From: Glycera tridactyla
Lineage: Eukaryota
Assembly (NCBI GenBank): GCA_965644265.1
Contig: OZ286461.1
Span: 62,248,001-62,312,000, forward strand
Length of the DNA stretch: 64,000 bases
Direction of reading: 5' to 3'
In this document: in pieces, positions 51,096-64,000 of the stretch
Layout: each line of letters begins with the position of its first letter
Numbering within the stretch: the first letter of the stretch is position 1
The notes under the pieces: model-generated
Told to the model about the DNA's origin: nothing
The model's database searches: none
Seen by the model: only the letters and a program-made list of their open reading frames with translations
Translations under genes and position numbers: made by a program

Positions 51096-54000
51096 GTAGA
51101 TATGAGAACTCCACCTAGCGGCAGTGTGGCCCAACTTTGAGCGAGATTTTGCCCAAACCCTTCACCCGCCTTCCTCTTCTACCATTGTACATTTTGAGTT
51201 TCTGTGTTGTTGACTGTTCGTCGCCATCGTCCTGGTTCACGTTCTGTGCATGTCGTATATGTGTACATCGCTACATGATTACTACTAACAGAAGTGCCTG
51301 CATTTATTTTACCCACTTCTACTCAGTTAAAATGACTGCAGTAGATCTTATTTGAGATTCTAATTGCGATGACTGCCTGTATTAAATTGAAAGTGATGTA
51401 TAAATGTTGAGAGATGAATTGATCATAACCTATCCACCCAAATCCAGATCTGTAGTCGTTAGTTAAAGCTTCAGCTTTGGCTTTTAACTGGATCAACCTC
51501 ACTTGTGTGAGTATTTGTTCAGGCCAGACCTGTAGTAATTCATACTGTGAGTTGTTCATCTCAATCACATCAATCTGGATTCTCTTCTGGTGGTGGTTTT
51601 CTCAGGGGCTGGTAATTTCAAATCTCGGGTCAGACGGTTTCATAATGCTTCACGTGTATTGGTGCATCAACTGTTGTGGGCTCTTTCGAGACATACATTG
51701 GGGATCAAGCTCAAGTTTCGCGTAATTTTCCATGATGCTCATGTTGAGGTTCTGCAGTGTTGAGAGCTTCGTAAAGTCACCAGAATACTTACACGTCTCC
51801 ATGTTGTCTGACTCACAGTCTCTTTGGTTATAATTTTTGGAAATCTCTGCACATTTGAAAATTCAGCATCTTCTATTTGCCGGATCATGAAAGGGATAAA
51901 ATTGGTGCATAATTCCATTTGGATATGTCACTTTCCAGAGTAATATCAAGATAGGCACGAGGACAGAAATATACTGATGCATTATATCTGCATTTATTGA
52001 TTTTGAGATTTTCTCATGCTTCTGTTTGTGGTATGAGGTGCTTAAAAGTTCCTAGGAACTTTTCAACTACCTAAGTTCATGAATAGAGACATGGGAAGAA
52101 TCCAGAAATGGGCACATTTTGACCTGCTTGATACTCCCTCTAACAATGGGGTAGCTTACTCCTTGGCCCTATCATCCAGTCATCTGCACTCATCTGCCTA
52201 CACGCTGTGGCTGGGATTCGCTAACCGAGTTTTCTACTCTTGATTCCCGCTTCACTCTTGTATGTTGCATTATAACGAGCATGTGCCCATGTGTGCATCA
52301 CAAGCTTGAGTCAAATCATGGCCGTACATATAACATGATCAAGATGAAGCGCCGCTGCTGTATTGAACACCATGCAAAGATGGGAAATGTGCGGGACATT
52401 CAACAGGTATTGGCAATATTTGCTGGTCGTCCTGCAGATTTTCTATCTTGCTGAGTATTCACCATATAAATCACAAATATTGAATAATTGCATTATCCCT
52501 TTCATGATCAGATGCACCAGAAATATTGTTCGATGTGGGTCACAGGTGCAATTGATTTTTGTCTATATTTATATTGATACAGATTGTCATATCCAGACAC
52601 TAGATGACAGATGGCTATAGATTCTTGAATACCGGTAATTTTGCCAACAGACCTAGTTCAAATATTTTCAGTAAGACCAGGAAAACATGATCTAGGCCTC
52701 AGTAGAATTGTTAATGCTTTCTACTCCAGATGAATGATGTGGCTGTAGTTCAACATCAATGACCTATTCAATATCAAACTTTGGTTCAGAATCAGTTTGA
52801 CCTTGACGCTGCGCAAGCCTCTGGTCATGAACCAGACATGACTGTAAATTAAAGAATACCTCTGCACTTGATATTCATCTACATTATTGGAAGGCTTGAC
52901 AATCACCGATCATTTGTTTGTAATATCATAGAAGTATTTAACTGGAGAAAGAATGGTGGATTTTGGAAGTGCCTTCTTTTGCCAGTACAGAGTATGTATC
53001 ACACTTGCTCATAATTTGTATCAACATGTATGGTCATGCTAATTTGCCAGAATTAACCCTGAGTATTGTAAGATGCGCTATTTTGAAATTGGTGTAATAA
53101 AGTACACATCTGCTTATTTCTGTCTTGAGGCATTACAGCCGCTCACCCAAGAGAAAAAGCCTAGTTTATCCCTAGTGAGTTCCAGCCGTTTGACACAACT
53201 GATCATGGAGAAGAATCCATGCTATTGCTCACATTATGTTGGATAGTATCCATTAGGCAGAATCGATGGAGTCAGATTGTGTACTTCTAACTTATTATTT
53301 GTCAAGTAGCATTGGTGTACATCTCAAATTGAGTGGATAGTCACTGATATTGATTATGAGAAGTGAAACATGAATAATGATGTTATATGGTTGAGAAAGC
53401 AGAGTGTCTTAGTAATCTTTTGTTGCATCATGTTTTAACTCATTGTAAATATATGCCATAAACCATTGATTGTCTTCAACTCCTCTTGAAGTCTTTCTGA
53501 ATGTTCTTTTGCATTCAGTTGGGAAGGATAGTATGATAACTATAAATATCTCCCAGCAAACTGTGACATTCAATATGTACCATAAATGGAATACTTGAAA
53601 AAGTAGAAGAATACGTTATTTCGCCATCGTCATCATTGTTAAGAGTAATGTCTCAACTTGTAGTTGCTTAAAGCACAATTTACAATGGGGATAAACAAAT
53701 TTGTAGTCATGTAGATCCCCACTATTTGTTGATGTATTATGTTTATTTGCTTAATTTGGCCTTACTATTTGTGATCACTTGTTATGTGTATAATCAAAGG
53801 AAGAAACATTTGGAACATGAGTGATTTTTGCCCTGTTTTTGTCTTGATATGATATGATAGTAATGATTTTATCAGTGATGTCTCAATGATGTCTGTGATC
53901 ATTCACACTTGAAATTTGCAAGAGCAGCCATCGGTTGCTTGTGTGAGTGAGATAGAAATGAAATTGGTGGTGAATTTTTGCCATACTTGGTCATGGTCAA

Positions 54001-57000
54001 TGTAATGATTGTAACCATTGAGAATAATTTCCAGTTTGAATGATAAGTGATCAAGGTATTTATGATCTGTACCCCATTGTTTAGCCCGTTGGAAATCCCA
54101 GATGAAATGCATCACCGAATGGACTTATCTGATATGTTCTGCCAATTTCTTGCCTAGGGCAAATTGCTTTCGTTGATCAACCAGCCCCTTTCGGTAATTC
54201 ATATATTCATCAAGAAAGTAGCTATACTGTCGATGGATATATTTAAACTCAGTGCAACATTTTGGGAGATGCCCTTCACTACTGAGTACCAACTTTGTCC
54301 TGGGCAATAGGATCACATATTGCTAATGTGTCTGGCATGTTCCATGATGAAAGGGTTTGTTTTGGATGATGGACAGGTGTAGTGAATACATAGATATACA
54401 ATTGTTATTCAGATTCAGTGGTATTAGTATCTTGAATGATAAGGCAATACCCTGTTACTTGCTCATGTACTTTTGAGACAAAGTCAGGATTATTCGACAG
54501 TTGAGATCACCCAATGTACATTGTGCTCATTCAGGTGAACAAATTTTGTTTTGTTTTTCTGTGGTGGTTGGTTTCACAGTATTTCTATACACAGTACAAA
54601 CCACACAGTAATGTGAATAAGATAATCTAAACCTAAACATTGACTTACTGATTGTATATTGGAAATGACACTTGTAGTGTCTGTGAATTTTTCCATGTCT
54701 TCAGGAGGCACTTTTGACTGATGTCTTTCCACGCGACTTGTATGGATATGACAATACAGCATTTGAGGAGCTGTGGTGATGGAAAATGCTGATCAGTCAA
54801 CCGTGAATTCATTGTGGTTTTCTCACCATAGTAGTGTCATGAATGCTGTCAAACACTGAACAGCTAAGAAAATTATATATGAGAAAATTATATATATATA
54901 TTGGTGCATCTATCAATAGAGAAATTGAAATGAGATTATGATGATTATACAGATATTAGAACACTGCTTTTGGTAGTACTCATGAGTAATCATGTTTCTG
55001 AATTTTGTCATACCAGCACAAAAAATTGGGCACTTCTAATTGGTCATGTGTCACATGTTATCTACCTCTTTGTAATATGTTATTGAGCTTATGATTTTGA
55101 CATGCCTATGGGTGTTGCTGCTTATTTTCTTGCACCCAATTCATTTTTTAACCTGCATGTGTGGTTTTATGGATTCCTGTGTCATCAGGTGTCAATCTCT
55201 GTAATAAAAAACAATCTTTATTTCCTTTTGTTTGTTTTCTTTAGTTATTAGTTTGTTCCACATCATGCCTTTACCCGGCTTTCCTTGTCTTTGGTTTTTC
55301 TCCGTCATATTCATTACAAACCAGTCCCCCATTCTTATATTTCTTTTATATGTTGGTGTGTCCGTGTTGATTGTGTCAGTTTGGTGTGTCCGGTAATCCC
55401 AGTTCATTTCAAACCCTCCCCCTACCCTTCCCTTCCCACTTGCATGATTTCTGATGGCAATTGCATGAATTATATGGTAAATATTGTATATTGGTGTATA
55501 TGGCAATTCACATATGAATAGATCACATGATAAATGCAGGCACATATACCATATGATGCATATAATATAGTCACTATGTTATATATGTATGTGTTTGCAT
55601 ACAGCTGTTACGGCAGATATATGCCTCTATAACATGCTGATATATATGTATGTATTTATGGTATATGACTATATTATATTAACATCAATGAAATAGTGTA
55701 TGAAGACTATATTTTGAAGATACATTACAGTGATGCCAACTTCGGTAACCCCTGCACAGATAAGCGATGTATCAGCATGGCCGTGTTCTTCCTGATGATG
55801 CAGATTTCAAGGTGGTATACTCAAACTCTGGAAATATGTGGGTTTCAGCAATGTACTTGTAGCCCAAATAAGCGTCAAGTCATACTAGTTTGATTTGAAG
55901 TACCTGTCCTTTTACTTGATTTTAACTGTTACAGAAAGTTTCAATTACACAATCTTGTGCAGGGTTTACTGTTTGAATACACAATTGAACAGTGATATAT
56001 GTTGCAAACACACATATTCTAATGGACACCATTTGTACTGTGCTACTGGGTATTTCTGTTCAAGACGGGATGGAGAAGTTGATAACCTCAAAATGTGGGC
56101 AGCATTTTGTTAGAGAAATGCCTTACACATTATGGGTGCTGTTTTCAATTCCTTGAGCAGGGATGACCATGAGCCTATATTGCTACAACTTGTGCACACA
56201 TGCATACAACAAGACAAATCTCGACTGTCTAGTCCTCTCACCCACTTCCTCTCACAACGGTTCAGTTACCCTACTCTTGACTATCGATCTTCCAACAGTG
56301 CAAAACCTTATCCTGATGATCCCAATGATTATGTCAGGAGCTGATTCCCACCTGATCATGACTGCTGAATATGACTTGGTGAATGCTACCCTGACTAACA
56401 TATGATGAAATCAGTTGGATGATTTCTTCATCACTAAATGGGTGTCCATCATCAATCCTAGCTTAATCCACACAGCCATTTAGGAGCTGTGGATTAGAAT
56501 GGTGAAGGGAGTGAAATTCTCTCGGGCTGGATTGCTAATTGTTGAAAATGCTGGTAAAATTGCCTTGCCCACTTCTCATTGTATAATGAGAAATGTGCCA
56601 GTCTTTTGTGGCCAGGCCAGATCAGTTTTATCATATTTCAATGAGATGCGAGGTGATTCCCTCACACATCAACCGATGGATAGTCAGTTGGTGTGAGAAG
56701 GAATAACAAGGACTTGAGGTCTTGATTCTTCTGCTCCCATTCACACTCTCCCACATGGCATAGTATCCTTTTTAGAGAGGATTCTGAATCGTCTGGGTGA
56801 GTGGAAAGAGATGCCACCTGCCTGTGACTGGCTCATCACGGACCCCATTGAAAGCTGCCAGCAAATATCCATGGCAATTTCATCAGGGCTCCTCCATAAT
56901 GGTTACCAGTATCAGGCAGAGTAAACTTGAGCATGACCTCCCGGATCATGAAAATATGTATAATCGCACATCTGCAGGCATCCCCTTCTCCTTAGAAAAG

Positions 57001-60000
57001 TCACAATGTCATTAATCCTTGGGAGCTGCTGCATAATTATGCTGAAGTGGTAATACCAGATAAAGCTTATGCTGATGTGATAACACCAGATAACAATGCA
57101 GGATAAGGATTGAAATTTTGGAATTTTCATCTCCCCCAACTGTGTTGGCGAACATACTTTGTGCGAGTCGAGCTTCAGCTTGTAGCGTGTGGTACAGTTT
57201 GAAATTACCCCATGTGTGGCTTATAGCTTAGCAATCCATTGAGCAATTGGGTGTGCTCACACACACATATATTCGTGAACACCATACAATTTCTGTGGAA
57301 TTGGCATGAGAAAGTTTTCTCCAATGTACCTACTGATTGTCAGGATATTGAAAGAGTCGATCTGCGCAGATATTTAACCAGAGACTTGGAACATAATCCC
57401 TTGATTGGATTCCAATCCCATCCATTCCGGATTTCTTGTTGGCTATACCTACAAAATCTGATTGGAGGGTTAGTTGTGGAAAACTTATCATGAATCGAAG
57501 GATGCTTCTTGTATACAAGCAATTTCTTTCTGTCCCCCATTCGAAACCAGTCTCAGGAGAGTTTATAGCTCAGAACATATCCAAGTTTTTTCCTATTTCA
57601 TGTGTGTGCTTTGAGCTATAGATTTCAACAGATAAGATTCGGCTCTCAGCATTCTGGCCTAGTGTTTGACTGTCACACTTAAAAACTTCCAGAATTGGCC
57701 ATTGTCCTGCCCTGCGAGCTCTAGATGCAATCCGACATTATTTGAGAAGCTCCTCCTGAAATCGAGTCATCAAATATTTTGGCTTTTGCAATTATATTTC
57801 TAGAAATTCATTGGACCTTTACTTTTGTCAAACGCATTCTTTCAGTAATTCGTTTTCGAGAAAGATCTAATTAACTACTCAAAAGAGAAGGCTGTGTAGG
57901 ACAAGAGCAAAAAATTATCATGGTAATGTTTCTGGTCAAGAATGGGTAGTATACCTCGAATGTGTCATTCCGATTCAAACACAAGACTGTGAAACACAAG
58001 ACTGAAATTTCATACAACAATCCATACCATGGCCAGAAATTCAGGTGTGAAAATTTACAAAACCATGTTTCACGTTGAATGCAGAGCTTTGACCACTCAG
58101 TTTGACAGCCTTTTGGAGAAAACTTCTCGGCGATCTTCTTGAAAATTGTGGCCATGGTGGAATAGCAATAATACAGTTCTATCACAAAAGAGCCTGGCTA
58201 TTCCACTTGGTGGTACTGACATAGCGTCTTTATACCTCTGGGCCAATGTCATCTCGTAGAAAAGTTGAGTTTTCCAAGTTGATATCACCCATGACAATCA
58301 ACACATCTGAGGTATATGAGAGGGAAACCGTCGTTTAAAGATACAAGCATTGTATCCCACAGGGTGTGGCTGGTCATGGGGATCACCTGAACTCCCCACG
58401 CCCAAAGCAGCTTGTGGGGTATCGTGTTTATGTCTCCAAACCATGGATTCTTGCTGTGATTGTTATTCCACCTTCCAGTATATTATACATCTAGGTACAG
58501 TAGTTAGACATTGTTCTGTGCGCCAGCCAGCCAGGCAAGCAAGCTCGTTACGCCACCAACCAAGCCACGCTGCCTTAATCCCCAAAGTGGGCAGCCCCTG
58601 TGCGTTCTCTACGTCTGTCCGCGTCCTATCTGTGTTTTTCACTAATATCAGCATATACTCACTTCTCATTTGTGCATTACCCTCTCGGATTTAATTATCA
58701 GCCGCTAGCATTTGCGGGGAAGGGACCCGAACTAATTGTAGCCTCATCAGTTTCGTCCATTTTCTGACCAAATTACGGACCCGAGGGATGGATTTTATAT
58801 TTCTGCTATTGGTGTGATTGATTTCACTGAATTATTAGCTGAATTATCACATGCCATAATTTCCAGTTTGGTTTTGAAATACCATGATTTCACATTATGC
58901 TTGGGAAACGTTCTAACGTTTGTGTTTGGGAACTCATTTCTGGCTTTGCAATCTGCAACCAAAAAAATCTTACAGAGACCGTTGACATCTCATTCAATAG
59001 TTCTCAGACACGTTTCCTCTCCCTAAATCAAAAATTAACTGACTACATCAAAAGAAGACGCAAATGATACTGTGTCCTTATGGATGTGTATTCGATGCAT
59101 GGGATAAAATCAGCCCAGTTTTCCTCTAGATGCTACATTTATTCTTCTTGAGCAGGTGATAGTGTAGCTGTGCACTTGTGAAGCCTGCCATCCTCAAATT
59201 TACAGTTCTGTCTCATTCTTGAAGATTTGCTGATGTCCAGTTCACTCCCCGTGGCACAAACGCTGGGAGTGACCTGAATAGAGCTTACACATTCAAGAAT
59301 AGTGAGATAGGGTTGGAATCTGGTTCTCTTCTCTATTACTCTGCGAAATGTATCGACGAATCCCTTCTATTCCGAGATTCATTTCTTGAAACTATCCAGT
59401 GGCTGCCATATGTACCCAAAAAGTGATGACGTAACTGCTGTCGGCGGTCAAGAATTGCTAAGATCTTCACAGGATGTGATGACGTCAGTCTGATACGCTT
59501 ATGGTAACTTCTGTGTTTTCACATTCTTTCATTCTTTTGACTCATGGAGATTGTCTTTGTATCGATAGCGGCAGATATATAACTGCGAGAGCGTTAACTA
59601 AAGACTGCCTGGTCATTCATAAAGATTTAGAACAAAGAACAGACTGAAATACGATGTCATGGCAAAACACAATCTTTGTATCTTAGGCACATACTGCGTT
59701 AACTCATTGGATCGCTTTGTGCGTTGTGCGTCATGCAAATTTTGCCTTATGCACTCACTATATGGACACTAACACGCCCCCATCAGCAGTAGGTTCCATC
59801 GGGTATTCATGGCTGTTGCCTTACTGTGCAGATAAGAATGGTTTCTCGCAGGTGCACAATCACCCTGTGGTTGAACGGATGGGTGCTGCTGATGTAGCAT
59901 AAATTTGATGATGGCAGCTTCGCTATCCCTTCATTGGGCGTCAGCGTTCATGCGTTAGAGCGCATTCAAAACACTGGAAGAAATAATGGGCAATCTCCTA

Positions 60001-60120
60001 CCCCAAAATGACTATAGGCGCTGAAGTTGGAGTCCAAGCGATACCGGCTTGTACAAATAAGACTTACCTGTCTTTCCTCCGCAGTACATTGTTAGGGAGT
60101 ATTGGTGGTCTGTCTATCAC

Positions 60121-60160
60121 CATCATTCTCATCGTCATCATCATCATCATCTTTATCATG
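60121..60160. repeat. (ATC)n microsatellite, degenerate
   Basis: CATCATTCTCATCGTCATCATCATCATCATC. Confidence 0.8.
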
Positions 60161-60434
60161 ATCAGTGATAATACTCACTCTCAAGAGCTGTGATGATCTT
60201 TTCTTTTCATACATCACTATATAGCGATACTCAAGTAGCAAAAGGAATATCGTAGTTTGACACTGGGGCTCAGTTGTGGTGCACCATTGATTGCACTGGA
60301 GGGAGGGTCTCCAGATATGTCATCGTCCGAAGTACTAGCAGCCTTACTACTTACAGGCTCACAACAGAGACAATGTGATGATAGCATTTGAAGTGAAGTA
60401 AGATCGAAACTTCAATTATCTCACCCGTATAGGT

Positions 60435-60775
60435 AACACGGGCGTCGCAATATAGGCTCGATGGTGCCGAGGAGGTGTATTATGGTTGGTTTCTATAGTC
60501 GTATGGCTGAGGAGCCTTTGTTTACTAGATGCTTTGAGATCAAAAAGGAAGTCATATAACCACTGGCAGGCTCAGAAGGGAGACCAAGTGGTCATAGCAT
60601 TTGACTTGAAGGAGGATCGAGACTAATGACCCGCCCGGAACACGGGCGACTCTATATAGCCCAGATGGTGCTAAGGAGGTGTATCTTGGCTGGTTTCTAT
60701 AGCTGAGGAGGTTCGGTTTTCCAGATGCTTGAGATAATGAAGGAAGTCCCATGTATGGCAAACAGGTTGTCGTTG
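60435..60775. repeat. Diverged tandem duplication, ~204-nt period
   Basis: AACACGGGCG...GATGGTGC..AGGAGGTGTAT..TGG.TGGTTTCTATAG...AGATGCTT(T)GAGAT occurs at 60435 and 60639, with a partial echo (CGCAATAT, GTATGGCTGAG) near 61121-61143. Confidence 0.8.
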
Positions 60776-61637
60776 GAGGTGATCGGGCAGGTACGTTTCT
60801 TGATAGTGAAATGGCTTTCATAGGCGTCATATACCAATGATGCATGCTGAAGAAAAGAGGCACAGCTGCTAGGGGGAATTTCCTACTCATTGCAAAGGAC
60901 AGCAGTGGTTCTTTTACGTACATATGAGATAGACTCCCATGCACACGGCCGGCCCTGATGTCCCACTTCACACAGTTCAAAGCTACTCAGGTAGGGTGTA
61001 TGCAACTGGCAGATTTTCCAAGGATACAGTTCTATTGATATTAGACAGATAAGCAATATGTTACACTTGAGGAGGTACATGTTAGACCGTGAAGTGAAAA
61101 GAAATGATAGTGTTTCCACACGCAATATGGTAGTATGGCTGAGTTATTCATAAACTCGATCATAAGCCAGTTAGATACACTCCGATCAGGTGTCCGAGAG
61201 TCCTTCCAAATTTAGTCCAGGTATAGGATGGCGAGCTCATCAGGCAGATTTTAAGTTAACTGATGCAGCTTTACCTTGTTAGGTGGTGGAGAAAAGAGCA
61301 TGTGGTGGAGAAAACTCCTCTTTGAATTGTTCGGTCAAACCTCAGTGTGACTTCTGCAGGGTGTTCAGTTGCGCTAACAATCGCTAACGTTCTGTAACGG
61401 AAACAGGGTCTCCATTCGTTTTTGACACACTCAAGATGAAGAATATTTGGTAGGGGATTCGGCGAACGTTTTCTCTGTTAGCTCGACTGAACAGCCTGCA
61501 GGCTTTGTTCGTAATCGAATCAGAAATGTGCCGCGGTAGCAGAATAGTGCGGAGATAGACCGAAGGGAGCAACCATGGCTATTGGATTACAACGCAACAA
61601 TATTTCGGTCTGAATATCATTAAAATCCCACCTTCAT

Positions 61638-61998
61638 GTCATGGAATTCCTTCAACAGAGCCTCCTTTATTTCATGGAGTTTCTATAGCAGGGCCACCTT
61701 TGTGTCACGGAATTCCAATAGCAGAGGAACCTTCACGTCATGAAATTCCTATAGCAGAATCGCCTTCATATCATGGAATTCCTATAGCAGAGCTACCTTT
61801 GTGTAATGGAATTCCTATAGCAGCGCAACTTTCACGTCATGAAATTCCTACAGCACGGCTACCTTTGTGTCATGGAATTGCTTTAGCAGGGTGACCTCCA
61901 CGTCATGAAATTCCTATAGCGGAATCGGCTTTATTTCATGGAATTCCTGTAGCAGAGCTACTTTTGTGTCATGGAATTCCTACAGCAGGGCCACCATC
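61638..61998. repeat. 33-bp minisatellite, 11 diverged copies (consensus GTCATGGAATTCCTATAGCAGAGCTACCTTTGT)
   Basis: Exact 33-nt period from 61638 to unit 11 at 61968, with no spacers. Confidence 0.95.
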
Positions 61999-63385
61999 AA
62001 TGACCATCTATTTGCCATCGATGCTCAGTTAGACCTGGATGGCTACCTTGACAGGTTGTTGTGAGATACTTGACATTTCCTCAATGATCATCCACGAACT
62101 ATACGATGGTTACATTCCGAGGAACGTCGCTAATGGCCCCATCAGGTTTAGTTCGATAATTTTCCTGTTTTCAGTGTCGCATCTTTATGATCACCTTAAG
62201 CATATGAGATCAGGATCCCGTCTTTTGTCTTTTTTTGTTTACTCCAAGACAATAAAGGAAGCTGTTTTCCCCATTTTGATCGTAATCTCAATGTGATCAG
62301 GAATTTCTTGACCCAATCCCAATGAGGAATGTCTTGCGTTGTATGAGGAAACCTAGAAGATTGTTGAGGATTCTTCTCTTACATATTGGTCTCTTGAGGT
62401 TATTTAGTCGATATAACATGAGCATTTTGCTCTAATGTTCATGTATGTGTTCAGCATTTTCTTCATTTTCACTATTGTAATACTTGGGATCTTTGTGTGA
62501 TTGCAAAGTTTTGATGGCATCTCAACCATGGTAGGATGAATGGTACAGATAGTGCGATATGATATATGCTCAATGGACATGGAAGCTGAGGTGTGCAATC
62601 TTGACTCTCACTTGGTGAGCATAGATGATCATACATGGAGTGATCTCTCTATATATAATTGAGCTGAATTCTAAGGTATAAAGGTCTTTCTTAGTCAGTC
62701 AAAGCAATGCAAGCCTCGGGATGGAGTTGCATTTCTTAGGTATTTGGGAGTTTTACTCGAGATAATGCAAATTCAATGTGGGTCGAATTATGGTTGAAGC
62801 TTTTACCTTATCACCATTGAGACATATACTGCGAATCGAATGTCATCCCCGGAGTCAGTACCTAATGGTCAGTCATCCCGGGGGTCAGTACCTAGTGGTC
62901 ACTCAGCAATCTGGGGGTCAACATGATCAGCGCACATTGAATGATAGTGCACATGCAATCATAGGCATAGAGGTACCTGTTCAGTGAGTCAGTGCGCATT
63001 GGATCTTAGGTACCACTGTCCTTTATCAACTGCATTGTGTACATAGACTCCTAGGTTTGGAGCTGTGATTCGTCTTATGTTCAGGCCAGAGATGTGACTG
63101 AGCGTCAGACAATCTGCATGTAAAGTGCAATCTCGTGAGATGGGATTGGCATAGACATTTCATGAGTCTAATAGCTGAGCAAGATCCCTGCGGAAATAGG
63201 GATATGTTATTGATAGCCTGAGATAGATTCACCTGTTTCGAGCTTAGCTTTAGCAGTACTGACTGGTCTCGTAACGCTACTACTATAAAGTATGACAATC
63301 ACTATAATAACTCCTTACCTTGGTGACAACATCTGTCCAACTTGCATGATCATCATCATTTGCTTTGTCCATTTGAAAATTTCAG

Positions 63386-63517
63386 TTGCCATTGATGAGG
63401 ACGCGCCCGCTGAAAATACCGCAGCTAACCCTACGATAACCATAACTGAGGACGAAAGCATGCCCGATGAGGATGCTGATTTTGTCAAATATTTTGGATT
63501 AGAACAACATACTGAAG
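63386..63517 (+). CDS. Internal exon, 132 nt (VAIDEDAPAENTAANPTITITEDESMPDEDADFVKYFGLEQHTE-)
   Basis: TTTGTCCATTTGAAAATTTCAG acceptor and GAAG|GTATAA donor. Phase 1-1, 44 codons, acidic. Confidence 0.8.
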
Positions 63518-64000
63518 GTATAACCTCACCGAACTTGATGGTCAAACTTGTGATAATAGTGGCGCGCACTTATCAGTCACTCGTGTCTTCCGTTCTTCTC
63601 TTCCCTCTCTTATTCTCTCAGTTCGCTTCAATGATGTGTCTTCCAACGCTCCCCTCTGCCCCCTCTCCTCCTTCTCTCTCGCTCTCTCTTGTCACTGCTC
63701 TCTTCACTTCATCTGTTGTACTGTTTCGTTCACTCTCATTCCATCTCTGTTGATATCTGCATGCATGATTCTGTGTTGATTTATGATGTTGACGATGACG
63801 GTCGTTCTCCGCTGAATAACTTGGTTGTTTATGTACTTTTCAATAGATTCCTTTTAGTAGGTTGTAGCTCTCCCCTGCATTTCCGCTGTCTCCTTCCCTA
63901 TTGTCATCCCATGTGAGTGTGTGCGTCCACACATAATCTGCCAAGCAGTGTGCTCCTTCTCACAAAACTGCAGAGTAGACACAGGTAGAGAGAATGCTGA

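Larger units (their letters stand above)
1..64000 (+). other. Internal segment of one large multi-exon gene, probably the low-complexity/giant-exon region of an invertebrate giant ankyrin
   Basis: A chain of in-frame phase-1 exons runs from 1-143 to 63386-63517, separated by AT-rich, ORF-poor introns with microsatellites and MITEs. The ankyrin call rests on my recollection of the motif block EEVLPDGTVVKRK...RRVGPDGEVIEDV...EGEPQIETDVQEFEETLPDG in mollusc/annelid ankyrin-2-like proteins, plus the giant-exon architecture. No ANK/ZU5/UPA/death domain is visible. Confidence 0.6.

Noticed and set aside
56132-56344. ORF ending ...SAKPYPDDPNDYVRS as an exon
   Set aside because: There is no good phase-1 acceptor and no donor before the stop.
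58527-58586. Possible 60-nt phase 1-1 exon (SQASKLVTPPTKPRCLNPQ)
   Set aside because: The donor AAA|GTGGGC is weak and the acceptor tract short.
61638-61998. CRISPR array
   Set aside because: The units are contiguous and diverged with no unique spacers, there are no cas genes, and the context is eukaryotic.

Overview
This is AT-rich animal (probably lophotrochozoan-type invertebrate) genomic DNA lying wholly inside one large + strand gene; neither the start nor the stop of the gene is in the window. The main feature is a single 17,715-nt internal coding exon (24503-42217, 5905 codons, AG/GT-bounded, phase 1-1). It encodes about 32 tandem copies of a ~120-aa beta-rich module with LPDG turns and Pro-rich linkers; 12 central copies (531/534 nt) are nearly identical at the DNA level. 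Around it I find 8-9 short exons (72-165 nt). Each complete one is phase 1 at both ends and 3n long, so they could be mixed as cassettes. The architecture and the exon's C-terminal LPDG region match what I recall of invertebrate giant ankyrins (Ank2/UNC-44-like). That call is an inference, because no ANK, ZU5, UPA or death domain is in the window. The introns hold three small MITEs, a 33-bp minisatellite, microsatellites and some motif clusters. There is no evidence of prokaryotic genes, RNA genes or CRISPR arrays.
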